Below are positions 10,362 to 18,401 of a stretch of 64,000 bases of DNA, in pieces. Within the stretch, counting starts at the first letter, position 1. Each line of letters opens with the position of its first letter. The DNA comes from an uncultured Christensenella sp. (GTDB lineage Bacteria; Bacillota; Clostridia; Christensenellales; Borkfalkiaceae). The translations under genes were made by a program, and so were the position numbers. The notes beneath the pieces were generated by a model, which was given only the letters and a program-made list of their open reading frames with translations, was not told the origin of the DNA and did not search any database. The stretch lies in the NCBI GenBank assembly GCA_910586365.1, contig CAJUGP010000007.1, forward strand, positions 1,157 to 65,156. The letters are read 5' to 3'.

Positions 10362-11519
10362 TTAAGCTTTCTCTTCGATTATACAGCCCGCTTTTTTCAA
10401 CTGTTCGGTAAAAATCGAATATGTTTCGAGCAGCGGATGGATATACGAACCGCCGTGGTTTGGATTAAGTTTATCCTTCGTGATCATCCATCCGGTATCG
10501 ATATAACGCACCCAATCTTTCTCTCTGCACCATGTTTTGGTCTGCGTGTTGACCGAATTGATGACTTTGTTATGCGAACCGTCGTCGTCCCAACGGGAAG
10601 TGATCGCAAAATAATACAGATTTGTCTGCGGGAATTTTTTGTGCAACAGCGTTAAGAAGTGCTGCAATCCGTTTTCTGTTTCCGCCGCCGACTGTCCCGT
10701 GCCGATGTTGTTCGTGCCGAGATGGATGGCGATGTTTTTGGGCGCTTTGTCGCCGAACGCCGTAAACACCGTGTTCATATACTGTTCCCAATCGTTCGTG
10801 GTCGCCTCGCTGATGCCCGCTAAAAACACGTCTTTGCCGTTGTAGTCGTCTGTGTAAAAATCCGTCCAAAACCAACGTCTGTCAAAGAACGAATCCCCGA
10901 TAAACACCGTCGTTTTCTCGCTCACCGCAACCGTCGCGCCCGTGGCGTTCCCGTTATCGTCGACCAAAACGCCGCTGCCGAGCATTTGGGCATATTCGTT
11001 GTATTTCGGCGTGCTTGCGGCGGGAAGGGTATTGCACGTAACCGTAAACGTCGCCGTCTTGTGGCGGGCGGAACGCACTTTCACCTGCACCGGACCGACC
11101 GCGTCCGCCGCGGCTTTGACCGTTTGTTTTTCGGCATTGAGCGTGATCTTTTCCCGATCGTATTCGTATGTCACCGCCTCCGCCTTGCTTGCGTCGGCAA
11201 ACACGAGCCGAAATTCGCTCTCTACGTCCGTCCATGCGGTCACGTCGGCAACGGTCAGCGTGCCGAGACCCTTTTGCGCATAATCGCAGACGGTGCACAC
11301 GTGATCGGCGTCGTAATCGTGCGCGGCTTTATCTTTGAGTTCCGTCGTATCGTCGCAGAGCGGAGCGTGCCAATGATACGTTTCGTCGCTGCTCCACTTC
11401 GTATCGTATTCATGCTGCGTATGTCCCGTTTGAGACGGATCTTCTCCGCACGCCGCAAGCGAAAAAACCGCGGACAACGTTATCAGTAAGCCTAAAATAC
11501 TGCAAATTGTTTTTTTCAT
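10362..11519 (-). CDS. SGNH/GDSL-type hydrolase lipoprotein (likely carbohydrate esterase) with N-terminal His/Cys-rich segment
   Basis: Within track ORF 10362..11687. The start is taken at ATG 11519, giving MKKTICSILGLLITLSAVFSLAAC (lipobox). SGNH blocks VFIGDSFF, HLGTNN and C-terminal SYIHP. N-terminal HTQHEY..YHWHAPLC..HDYDADHVCTVC. Confidence 0.75.
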   Translation of the reverse strand: MKKTICSILGLLITLSAVFSLAACGEDPSQTGHTQHEYDTKWSSDETYHWHAPLCDDTTELKDKAAHDYDADHVCTVCDYAQKGLGTLTVADVTAWTDVESEFRLVFADASKAEAVTYEYDREKITLNAEKQTVKAAADAVGPVQVKVRSARHKTATFTVTCNTLPAASTPKYNEYAQMLGSGVLVDDNGNATGATVAVSEKTTVFIGDSFFDRRWFWTDFYTDDYNGKDVFLAGISEATTNDWEQYMNTVFTAFGDKAPKNIAIHLGTNNIGTGQSAAETENGLQHFLTLLHKKFPQTNLYYFAITSRWDDDGSHNKVINSVNTQTKTWCREKDWVRYIDTGWMITKDKLNPNHGGSYIHPLLETYSIFTEQLKKAGCIIEEKA

Positions 11520-11796
11520 AACCGTATTTTCCTTTTCCCTGATCATATTTTGAAAAACAGGGCAAGCGTAAATCTTTCCGTCGGGGGAACAAAAAAGATT
11601 TACGTCCGGCATCCTGTTAATTGTTTTTCTGTTACGTGAATCCGTAACAGAAATGAAGGGGTACCCCTTCACGAAAAAAAACCACATTTTTTGTTCGCAA
11701 TTCTATTTTATCACTTATAATTGCCTTTTTCGACGCAAAAAGGCATGATTTTGTGTCAAAAGCGTACTGAATTTTATAAAAATCCGCTGCACATTA

Positions 11797-11824
11797 TTGA
11801 CTTTATACGCAAAAATCTTATAAT
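11797..11824 (+). promoter_or_regulatory. Sigma-70-type promoter of the AraC gene: TTGACT-16-TATAAT. The -10 element ends 6 nt before the ATG, so the mRNA would be leaderless.
   Basis: TTGACT 11797-11802, TATAAT 11819-11824, ATG 11831. No Shine-Dalgarno sequence in between. Confidence 0.5.
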
Positions 11825-11830
11825 AGAGCT

Positions 11831-12631
11831 ATGGGAAACAACGTTTCAAGCAATTGGATGCGCAGTTTACAAGAAACCAACCGCGATTTTCCTTCCTATT
11901 TCCACGCCGAAAAATACGAATCCATCGGCTACAAAGACCATCTTCACCGCAACATCGAAGTATACTGCGTCGTAAAAGGCAGTTCGCACGTCACAATCAA
12001 CGAACGCGAATACGATTTAACCGAAGGACAAGCCGTCGTCATTAACAGTATGCAGATTCATTCCTATAAAAATAGCGAGGGATCAATCGTTTCTTTCTTA
12101 TTGATAGGATCCAACTATCTGCAACTATTCAACTCGCTGTATCCCGAACGAATCCTCCCCGAATTTTTATTCGATAAAGACGCGAACAAGCCTGTTTTGG
12201 AGATGATTGATAGAATTGCGGTACAGTATGACGACTTTGACGCCTTCGAAAGCATGGGCTATTCAAATCTCTTGATTCACCATATCGTGGGAGCATACGG
12301 AACAGAGGTTGCAAAAAAAGGCTCGAAAAGATTTATTTTTTCGGAAATTATTCAATACATTTACGATCATTACACCGAGGATCTGTCCCTTACAAGCCTT
12401 GCCGAACAGTTCGGCTATGCGCCGCGTTCGCTCGGGCATATGTTCAGCAAATACGTGAAAATGGATATCCGCAATTTTATCAACAGCGTCCGCGTCGAAA
12501 AGGTTCTCGAGATGAACGCCGACCCCGCTTACCGCGATACGCCCATTCTTAAGCTTGCGCTCTCCTGCGGCTTCAACAGCGCTTCGAGCTTCTACCGCGC
12601 CTACCGCAAAAATTTCGGAAAAACTCGTTGA
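11831..12631 (+). CDS. AraC family transcriptional regulator (cupin sensor + AraC HTH)
   Basis: 266 aa. C-terminal LTSLAEQFGYAPRSLGHMFSKYVKMDIRNFINSVRVEKV...LALSCGFNSASSFYRAYRKNFG is a typical AraC double HTH. Divergent from the glycan locus. Confidence 0.9.
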   Translation: MGNNVSSNWMRSLQETNRDFPSYFHAEKYESIGYKDHLHRNIEVYCVVKGSSHVTINEREYDLTEGQAVVINSMQIHSYKNSEGSIVSFLLIGSNYLQLFNSLYPERILPEFLFDKDANKPVLEMIDRIAVQYDDFDAFESMGYSNLLIHHIVGAYGTEVAKKGSKRFIFSEIIQYIYDHYTEDLSLTSLAEQFGYAPRSLGHMFSKYVKMDIRNFINSVRVEKVLEMNADPAYRDTPILKLALSCGFNSASSFYRAYRKNFGKTR

Positions 12632-12639
12632 TATTTTAT

Positions 12640-12665
12640 AACGAACTTCCGCAAGTTCGTTTTCT
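12640..12665 (+). terminator. Hairpin terminator after the AraC gene
   Basis: AACGAACTT-ccgc-AAGTTCGTT followed by TTCTG. The U-tract is short. Confidence 0.45.
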
Positions 12666-12859
12666 GCCGATAAAGGATCGAAAATCTCGACAAATAGTCC
12701 ACTGCTTTTTTTATAAAGCACTAAAAAATGCCGTCCTTGAATAAAGGCGGCATTTCTGTTTCATGCGTCTTTCGAAAAAATTTCTTTAAGTCTTAGATTT
12801 TACGTTTGAAAAGTCACGAAATTTTATAGAATTTTTTTGAAAAAATTTTCAAAAATCTA

Positions 12860-12888
12860 TTGACAAACAAAAACCGTTACGGTATAAT
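12860..12888 (+). promoter_or_regulatory. Perfect consensus sigma-70 promoter (TTGACA-17-TATAAT) with AT-rich upstream region
   Basis: TTGACA 12860-12865, 17-nt spacer, TATAAT 12883-12888. About 40 nt upstream of AAAGGAGAAACAA-ATG at 12931. Confidence 0.7.
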
Positions 12889-12930
12889 GCAACTGTAACA
12901 CGTGTTAAATATATCAAAAAGGAGAAACAA

Positions 12931-13443
12931 ATGGAAAGTTTACAGGAACTGACTTTACTCAGAGCGAAGATCAATGAAATTGCATCGTCGCTCGATCGCA
13001 TCATCGCGCGGATGAGGCAAGAAAACGGAACGGACGCGGCGCCCCGTTCGGGCGGCGACGCCTATGAATCGGTCTATCCCCTCGTGCAAACGCCCGCCGC
13101 ATTTTTCAAGGGAAAAAAGCCGACAAGCATAACTTTATCGGGAAATCGGCGCAAAATCGTGCGTACTTGGAAGCAGGTCGCCGTCGAATTGCTCAAAGAC
13201 TGCATTCAAGACAGCAGACGGAAAGCGCAGATTCTTGCCCTGCGCGGCGTGGCGGGCGGCAGGAATCGTTCCTTTATCGCCGCTACCGACGAAAATATGC
13301 GCAGCCCCGAAAAAATCGACGATTATATTTATTTGGAATGCCATTACGATACCGAAACACTGTTGCACGTGATACTGGAACGCATTCTTGCCCACACCGA
13401 TTACGATTGCTCTCCGGTTACAATTTCGCTTGCCAACCTATAA
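12931..13443 (+). CDS. Hypothetical protein (N-terminal coiled coil, no family recognised)
   Basis: 170-aa track ORF with host-like codon usage and a good RBS. First gene behind the consensus promoter. Confidence 0.6.
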   Translation: MESLQELTLLRAKINEIASSLDRIIARMRQENGTDAAPRSGGDAYESVYPLVQTPAAFFKGKKPTSITLSGNRRKIVRTWKQVAVELLKDCIQDSRRKAQILALRGVAGGRNRSFIAATDENMRSPEKIDDYIYLECHYDTETLLHVILERILAHTDYDCSPVTISLANL

Positions 13444-13455
13444 AAAGGAAACGTT

Positions 13456-13647
13456 ATGAAGAAAAAACTGCTTATTAAAACCGAAAACTGTCCGCAAAAC
13501 CACAAATGCCCCGCCGTAACGATCTGCCCCGTGGGCGCGCTCTCGCAAACGGCGTTTCAAGCGCCCGTCATCGACCACGACAAGTGCATTCGCTGCGGGA
13601 AATGCTCCACGTTTTGCCCGAAAAAGGCGCTTGTTTTGGGGGAATGA
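13456..13647 (+). CDS. Small 4Fe-4S ferredoxin-like protein
   Basis: 63 aa. Cys clusters CPQNHKCPAVTICP and CIRCGKCSTFCP (CxxCxxCxxxCP). Confidence 0.75.
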   Translation: MKKKLLIKTENCPQNHKCPAVTICPVGALSQTAFQAPVIDHDKCIRCGKCSTFCPKKALVLGE

Positions 13648-14051
13648 GCGTCATGTTTGAAAATACGGATAAATTTTATCTGAAAACGCTGAACGCTTAC
13701 CTCTTTCAATTGACGGCGAAGGATGAAACGGGCAAATACTGCGTACGCTTTGAACCCGACGCGCAGCAAATCGAACTTGCCGTGCAGACGCTGACGCGCG
13801 GCAAAACCAACGATTTTTATTTGGAAAGCGGCGAACCGATTGACGGGTTGATCATGCTGTGCGCCACCGATTACAACGCCGCGGACCGCAGCGTATACGC
13901 CGTGATACAGCGCGTCGACTACGAGAGCAAAACGCCGCCCGAGCTATACGCCAAACGCATGACGGTCGCGGAATTTTCCGACCTTGCGGCGCGCTTTCAC
14001 GAAAAAAAGAGCATAACATGGAAAAGCTGGACGAAAATCGATAAACCGTAA
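13644..14051 (+). CDS. Hypothetical protein, translationally coupled to the ferredoxin gene
   Basis: Internal ATG of track ORF 13506..14051. ATGA overlap with the ferredoxin stop (13644-13647). Begins MSVMFENTDKFYLK. 135 aa. Confidence 0.6.
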   Translation: MSVMFENTDKFYLKTLNAYLFQLTAKDETGKYCVRFEPDAQQIELAVQTLTRGKTNDFYLESGEPIDGLIMLCATDYNAADRSVYAVIQRVDYESKTPPELYAKRMTVAEFSDLAARFHEKKSITWKSWTKIDKP

Positions 14052-14057
14052 CTTACC

Positions 14058-14088
14058 CCCCTGCGCCCTTGCCGCAGGGGATTTTTTT
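14058..14088 (+). terminator. Rho-independent terminator
   Basis: CCCCTGCG-loop-CGCAGGGG followed by ATTTTTTT. Confidence 0.7.
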
Positions 14089-14181
14089 ATAACATAGCGA
14101 CGCGCTTGTATGATAGAAAAATCCGAACGGCGGAAATTCCGTCGTTCGGATCAAGGGGAAGGAATGAAAATCAGAATAGGC

Positions 14182-15840
14182 TTATTTTGCGGAATAGTAT
14201 CTTGCCAGCATCGCGTAGCAGTGTGCGTTTGCCGCTTGCAGCAAGATCTGGCGCGGATTTTGTTCGGAAATGCCGTTATCGTGGAACTCGCCCCAGCCCG
14301 CGATCCACGCGGGGCAAACGAGCTTATCCTCGGCGCGGTTGTTGTTCCAAGCATAATCGAGCGCGCTGCGCATGTGTTCGATATACGCCGTGCAGTCCAC
14401 CGTTTCGCTCAGATCGATAAAGCCTTCGAGGATAAACGACGTGAACCAGCTGTTGGAATTGTAAGAATACTGCCCCTGTACGACCTGCGTATTCGCAAAC
14501 TGCTTATCGGCAGCAGGCGCAACCTTTTCGTTCCGATCCTTATAAACCTTGGCAACCGCCGTCTGTTTCGCCGCAACGGCGATCTTGTAAAGCTCGGCGC
14601 CCGCCGTCATATACGTTCCCGTGTTATAGGGCAAAATCTGCTCGTCGTACATCTGAATCTGATCGTTCAGATTGTTCATGTTCTGAAATCCTTCGCGCAA
14701 AAAGATCTTATCGCGCAGGCAGCCGTTCGACGTGTTGATCAGAACGCCGTGGCAGAACTCGTAAATTTTCTGCGCCTTGCTCAGATAATCGGTTGCAAGC
14801 GCGCTGAATTTCGCGGCATGATCGTCCGATTTCAACGTTTGGTGCAATTTGGCAAGCATCATCGCCGTGGGCGCGGAAGAGCAGGCGTTGAGCGAGGCGT
14901 GCGTCTCGTCGCTTAAACCGCCGCTGCCCTCGAACATAAATTTCGCGCTCCACTTCCAATAAATGCCGTTCAGGTTTTTCGTGCTTTCGTATCCCTCGCC
15001 GATAATCCAGTTGACGATATTCACCGCTTCGTTGAGATATTCGACTTTGCCGAGATTCACGTATGCGTAATAAAATTCCTTTGCGACCCAGATATTATCG
15101 TCGAAATAAACGCCGCTCATGCCGACCGAATGATTATCGACTATGTTGTTCTCGTTTTTACCCGAATTATAGATCGCGTACGCGTTCGCCGTGCCGTCCG
15201 TTTGCCCGAACGCGGCGAGATAATGATCGGGATTGTTCCAGGACTGCCCCGTTCCCACGCGCACTTCGCTCACGCGGTAATAGCGCAAACCGATGATCAG
15301 CTCTTCGAGATAATTTGAAAACGCCGCGTATTCGGGATCGGTCTTTTCCATGTTGAGAAGAATGCCGTTTACCATGGAAACCTGCTCGGTATACGGCCAC
15401 AGAAACGGCACGCCGCCCTGCGGCGTGAGCTTGGAAACCTTGCTCTGCGCATTCCAATATTCCTTTTGAATGAGCTTTGCGTATTCCACCGCGCGTTCCA
15501 TATTCACCGCGCCGTGATCGACGGTTTCCGTCCATTCGGCTTTGAGCGTCACGTCGCTTTCGGGGAGATAAGTAGCCCCTGCCACGCCTGCAAGCGCTTC
15601 GCCGTGATACCAACCGTCGAGCGTGTGCCCTTCGCGCTGCGCTTCGGGCAGCGTCACGCTCTCGCCTTCTTTCACCTTCACCGTTCTATCCTGCGACATG
15701 GTGCCGCCGTTTACGTCGAACTGCACCGTATAATACACGGTTTCTTCTTCGCCGCCGCCGTTCTGACCGCATGCGGCGAAACAAATGCAGGAAAGCGCCG
15801 CCGCGATCGTGACCGCAAACGCTTTTTTGAAAAATTTCAT
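14182..15840 (-). CDS. GH76-like (alpha-1,6-mannanase family) lipoprotein with N-terminal Listeria-Bacteroides-type repeat
   Basis: Within track ORF 14182..15876. Start at ATG 15840 (MKFFKKAFAVTIAAALSCICFAAC), RBS AAGGAGAAATAAC. YTVQFDVNGG...GHTLDGWY repeat. GH76-type blocks VYFDDNIWVAKEF, NGIYWKW, LNACSSAP. Confidence 0.75.
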   Translation of the reverse strand: MKFFKKAFAVTIAAALSCICFAACGQNGGGEEETVYYTVQFDVNGGTMSQDRTVKVKEGESVTLPEAQREGHTLDGWYHGEALAGVAGATYLPESDVTLKAEWTETVDHGAVNMERAVEYAKLIQKEYWNAQSKVSKLTPQGGVPFLWPYTEQVSMVNGILLNMEKTDPEYAAFSNYLEELIIGLRYYRVSEVRVGTGQSWNNPDHYLAAFGQTDGTANAYAIYNSGKNENNIVDNHSVGMSGVYFDDNIWVAKEFYYAYVNLGKVEYLNEAVNIVNWIIGEGYESTKNLNGIYWKWSAKFMFEGSGGLSDETHASLNACSSAPTAMMLAKLHQTLKSDDHAAKFSALATDYLSKAQKIYEFCHGVLINTSNGCLRDKIFLREGFQNMNNLNDQIQMYDEQILPYNTGTYMTAGAELYKIAVAAKQTAVAKVYKDRNEKVAPAADKQFANTQVVQGQYSYNSNSWFTSFILEGFIDLSETVDCTAYIEHMRSALDYAWNNNRAEDKLVCPAWIAGWGEFHDNGISEQNPRQILLQAANAHCYAMLARYYSAK

Positions 15841-15841
15841 G

Positions 15842-17062
15842 TTATTTCTCCTTGATATACTGATAGAAATAGGCAAGCGTGCCGAAGTTTTCGGAGTTCG
15901 CCGCCATATCGAGGACGTTCGCCTTTTCGATCACAGGTTCGCCCGCATCGTTCTTTTTCCACCCCGTCACCCAATTCGAGGGCATGAGGTTGTCGTGCAA
16001 GAATCCGTATGCGCGGTTGAGATTGTGTTCGTATCCCTCAATATAAGAGAGCGTCGCTTCCTTGTCGTGCGGGTAAAGCTCCGTCCACGATTCGAGCAGC
16101 AGCACGTTGAACCAAGGATTATCCGACGTGATTTGAACATCGCCGTTCTGCTCCTTGAACCAATGCCCGTACGCGCCGCGCGCGCTCGCCTTCGCCTGAT
16201 CGAGATATTTTGCGTCGTTCGTGATCTCGTAGAGCTTTACGCCCGCGGAAATCATGCTTCCCGTATTATAAGTGAACTTCCAGGTGTTGATGTTGCCTTC
16301 GTTGCCGATATTGTCCCAATAGACGTTATCCGAAGGATCGCGCAGCGTTCGATACGTCCAGTCGTACACGCGCACGGCGCGTTCCAACCAAACTTCGTCT
16401 TGCGTCGCCTCGTACAAACGGGCAAAGAGCAAGGACGCGGGCGCGTTGGAGCAGGTGTTGCGCGAATTTTTCTTCTGCTCGCACCAATAAATTCCGCCCA
16501 GCTCGTCGTCCGCCCAGCCGCTCCAAACGAACTTCGCCACTTCGCCCGAAGTCGTAAGATACTGCTCGTCGCCGAAAATCTCGTATGCGTTCAGAAATTC
16601 GCGGCTGATCCAAATGTTATCGTCGTAATACGTATCGCCCGCCGCCATGCCGACCATGGGCGAGCGCGACGCGCAATAGGTGTGATAATCGTCGCGGAAC
16701 GAGCGGTAGTACTCGAACCCCTCGATCGTGCCTTTGTAGTATTCCGTAACGTCCTTTTTCGCGCCCTTGGAAAGGGTGGCGAGCCGCCAGCTTGCGGCAA
16801 CCGTTTCGGTATAAGGCCAAACGTAGGCAGGGCTGCGATCGCCCGACGCGTCTTCCGTCACATTGGGGTAGTAATGATAAACCGAAAGCACGTCTTTTTC
16901 CCAATACTTTTCGCGCACCGACTCGTTAAGGAGAACGGCGCGTTCGGCGTATTCCTTTGCCTTTTCGTTAAACCCTGCAAACGGAGCGCCGCCGCAGCCC
17001 GTAAACGAAACCGCGCCGAACAGGCAGAAGGCGGAAAGCGCAATGCCGATCGCTCTTTTCAT
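15842..17062 (-). CDS. GH76-like (alpha-1,6-mannanase family) lipoprotein
   Basis: Within track ORF 15842..17188. Start at ATG 17062 (MKRAIGIALSAFCLFGAVSFTGC). Blocks TYYDDNIWISREF, GGIYWCEQ, TCSNAPA, VYWDNI. The ATG overlaps the GH125 stop (ATGA). Confidence 0.8.
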   Translation of the reverse strand: MKRAIGIALSAFCLFGAVSFTGCGGAPFAGFNEKAKEYAERAVLLNESVREKYWEKDVLSVYHYYPNVTEDASGDRSPAYVWPYTETVAASWRLATLSKGAKKDVTEYYKGTIEGFEYYRSFRDDYHTYCASRSPMVGMAAGDTYYDDNIWISREFLNAYEIFGDEQYLTTSGEVAKFVWSGWADDELGGIYWCEQKKNSRNTCSNAPASLLFARLYEATQDEVWLERAVRVYDWTYRTLRDPSDNVYWDNIGNEGNINTWKFTYNTGSMISAGVKLYEITNDAKYLDQAKASARGAYGHWFKEQNGDVQITSDNPWFNVLLLESWTELYPHDKEATLSYIEGYEHNLNRAYGFLHDNLMPSNWVTGWKKNDAGEPVIEKANVLDMAANSENFGTLAYFYQYIKEK

Positions 17063-18399
17063 AAGATTTCGTCCCCCTTTTTCATTTCCGTTACCGCTAA
17101 GGCGAACAGCGTGTTCGCCCAGCAGAACCACGGGCGCGTAAACTCCTTCGGGTCGTCGCAGTGGAAGCCCTCGTGCATGACGAGGCAATCCGCGTCGGTT
17201 GCGACGAGCGTTTCAAAGCATTTTCTGCGTTCCTCTTTGTCGGCGGAAGTCAAAAGCTGCATCACGATGCCGATATGCCAGATATACCGATCGGGCGTGT
17301 GCGGACTGCCGACCCCGCTCGCCGCTTTGCCGCTGAAATAATAAGGATTGTGCTTGCTTAACAGAAAGCGGCGCGTATTGCGGTAAATCGGATCGTCTTT
17401 GGAACAATAACCCAAATAGGGCAGGCTCAAAAGACTCGGCACGTTCGCGTCGTCCATGAGATTCGCGTTCCCCAACCCGTCCGTTTCGTACACGTAGATT
17501 TTTCCGAATACGGGGTGATCGGTAACGGCGTACTGTTCCAACCCCTCTTTCACGCGCAGATTGATGCGCGCGATGCGCTCTTGTTCGCTCTGCGTGCCCG
17601 TTTTTGCGGCATGCGCGGCAAGATAATCGAGCACAACCGTCGCAAACATGTTCGAGGGCACGAGATAACCGTAATCGCAAACGTCGTCGCTCGGGCGGTA
17701 TCCGTTCCAAATAAGCCCCGTATAGCCCACGGGCGTGCCCTTTCCGCCGTTCTGCAAAGTGGGAAACTGTGGATAGAGCGGACGGCTGTGATAATACTGC
17801 GATTTTTCCGTGTGAAACTGCTCGGTTTCAAACGTATCGAGAATACGCGCGAGCGCGTTTTGAAATCCCTCGTCGTAGACGGAATAATCGCCCGTCGTTT
17901 CTGCATACTGCTGCGCAAGCCAAAGCGGATAGCAAAGCGAATCGATTTCAAACTTGCGTTCCCAAACCCAAGGGCTGTCGTAATCGGTTAAATCGTCTTT
18001 GTGCCCTCTGCCGTTGGGATCGCGGTTGAACGCGTTGGCATAGGGATCGAGCGCAATATAATAGAACTGCCGTTTCAAAAGACCCTTGATAAGCCGTTTC
18101 ACGTCGCCGTCCACGTTGCAATAAGGAAGGTATCCCGTGACCTGCACCGAAGAATCGCGCAGCCACATGGCGGGGATGTCGCCCGTCAGCATAAAGATAC
18201 TTCCGTCCGCAAGCGTTTCGGTCGCCGTATCCAACGAGGAGAAAAAGCACTTTGTAAACATGGTGCGCACTTTTTCGTCCGCAATTGTCTGCGCAAATTC
18301 CGCAACGAGCCGACGCATTTGAGCGTAAGAATAATTCCCGTTGAGTTCCGCAGCGGAAGGAGAACCCTTCCGCTCGGAAACGTTTGTTGCCGCATGCAT
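17059..18399 (-). CDS. GH125 (DUF1237) exo-alpha-1,6-mannosidase-like, cytoplasmic (no signal peptide)
   Basis: Within track ORF 17059..18504. Start at ATG 18399 (MHAATNV). Hallmark LTGDIPAMWLRDSSVQ, plus DDANVPSLLSLPYLGY and WFCWANTLF. Confidence 0.85.
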   Translation of the reverse strand: MHAATNVSERKGSPSAAELNGNYSYAQMRRLVAEFAQTIADEKVRTMFTKCFFSSLDTATETLADGSIFMLTGDIPAMWLRDSSVQVTGYLPYCNVDGDVKRLIKGLLKRQFYYIALDPYANAFNRDPNGRGHKDDLTDYDSPWVWERKFEIDSLCYPLWLAQQYAETTGDYSVYDEGFQNALARILDTFETEQFHTEKSQYYHSRPLYPQFPTLQNGGKGTPVGYTGLIWNGYRPSDDVCDYGYLVPSNMFATVVLDYLAAHAAKTGTQSEQERIARINLRVKEGLEQYAVTDHPVFGKIYVYETDGLGNANLMDDANVPSLLSLPYLGYCSKDDPIYRNTRRFLLSKHNPYYFSGKAASGVGSPHTPDRYIWHIGIVMQLLTSADKEERRKCFETLVATDADCLVMHEGFHCDDPKEFTRPWFCWANTLFALAVTEMKKGDEIL

Positions 18400-18401
18400 G
18401 A

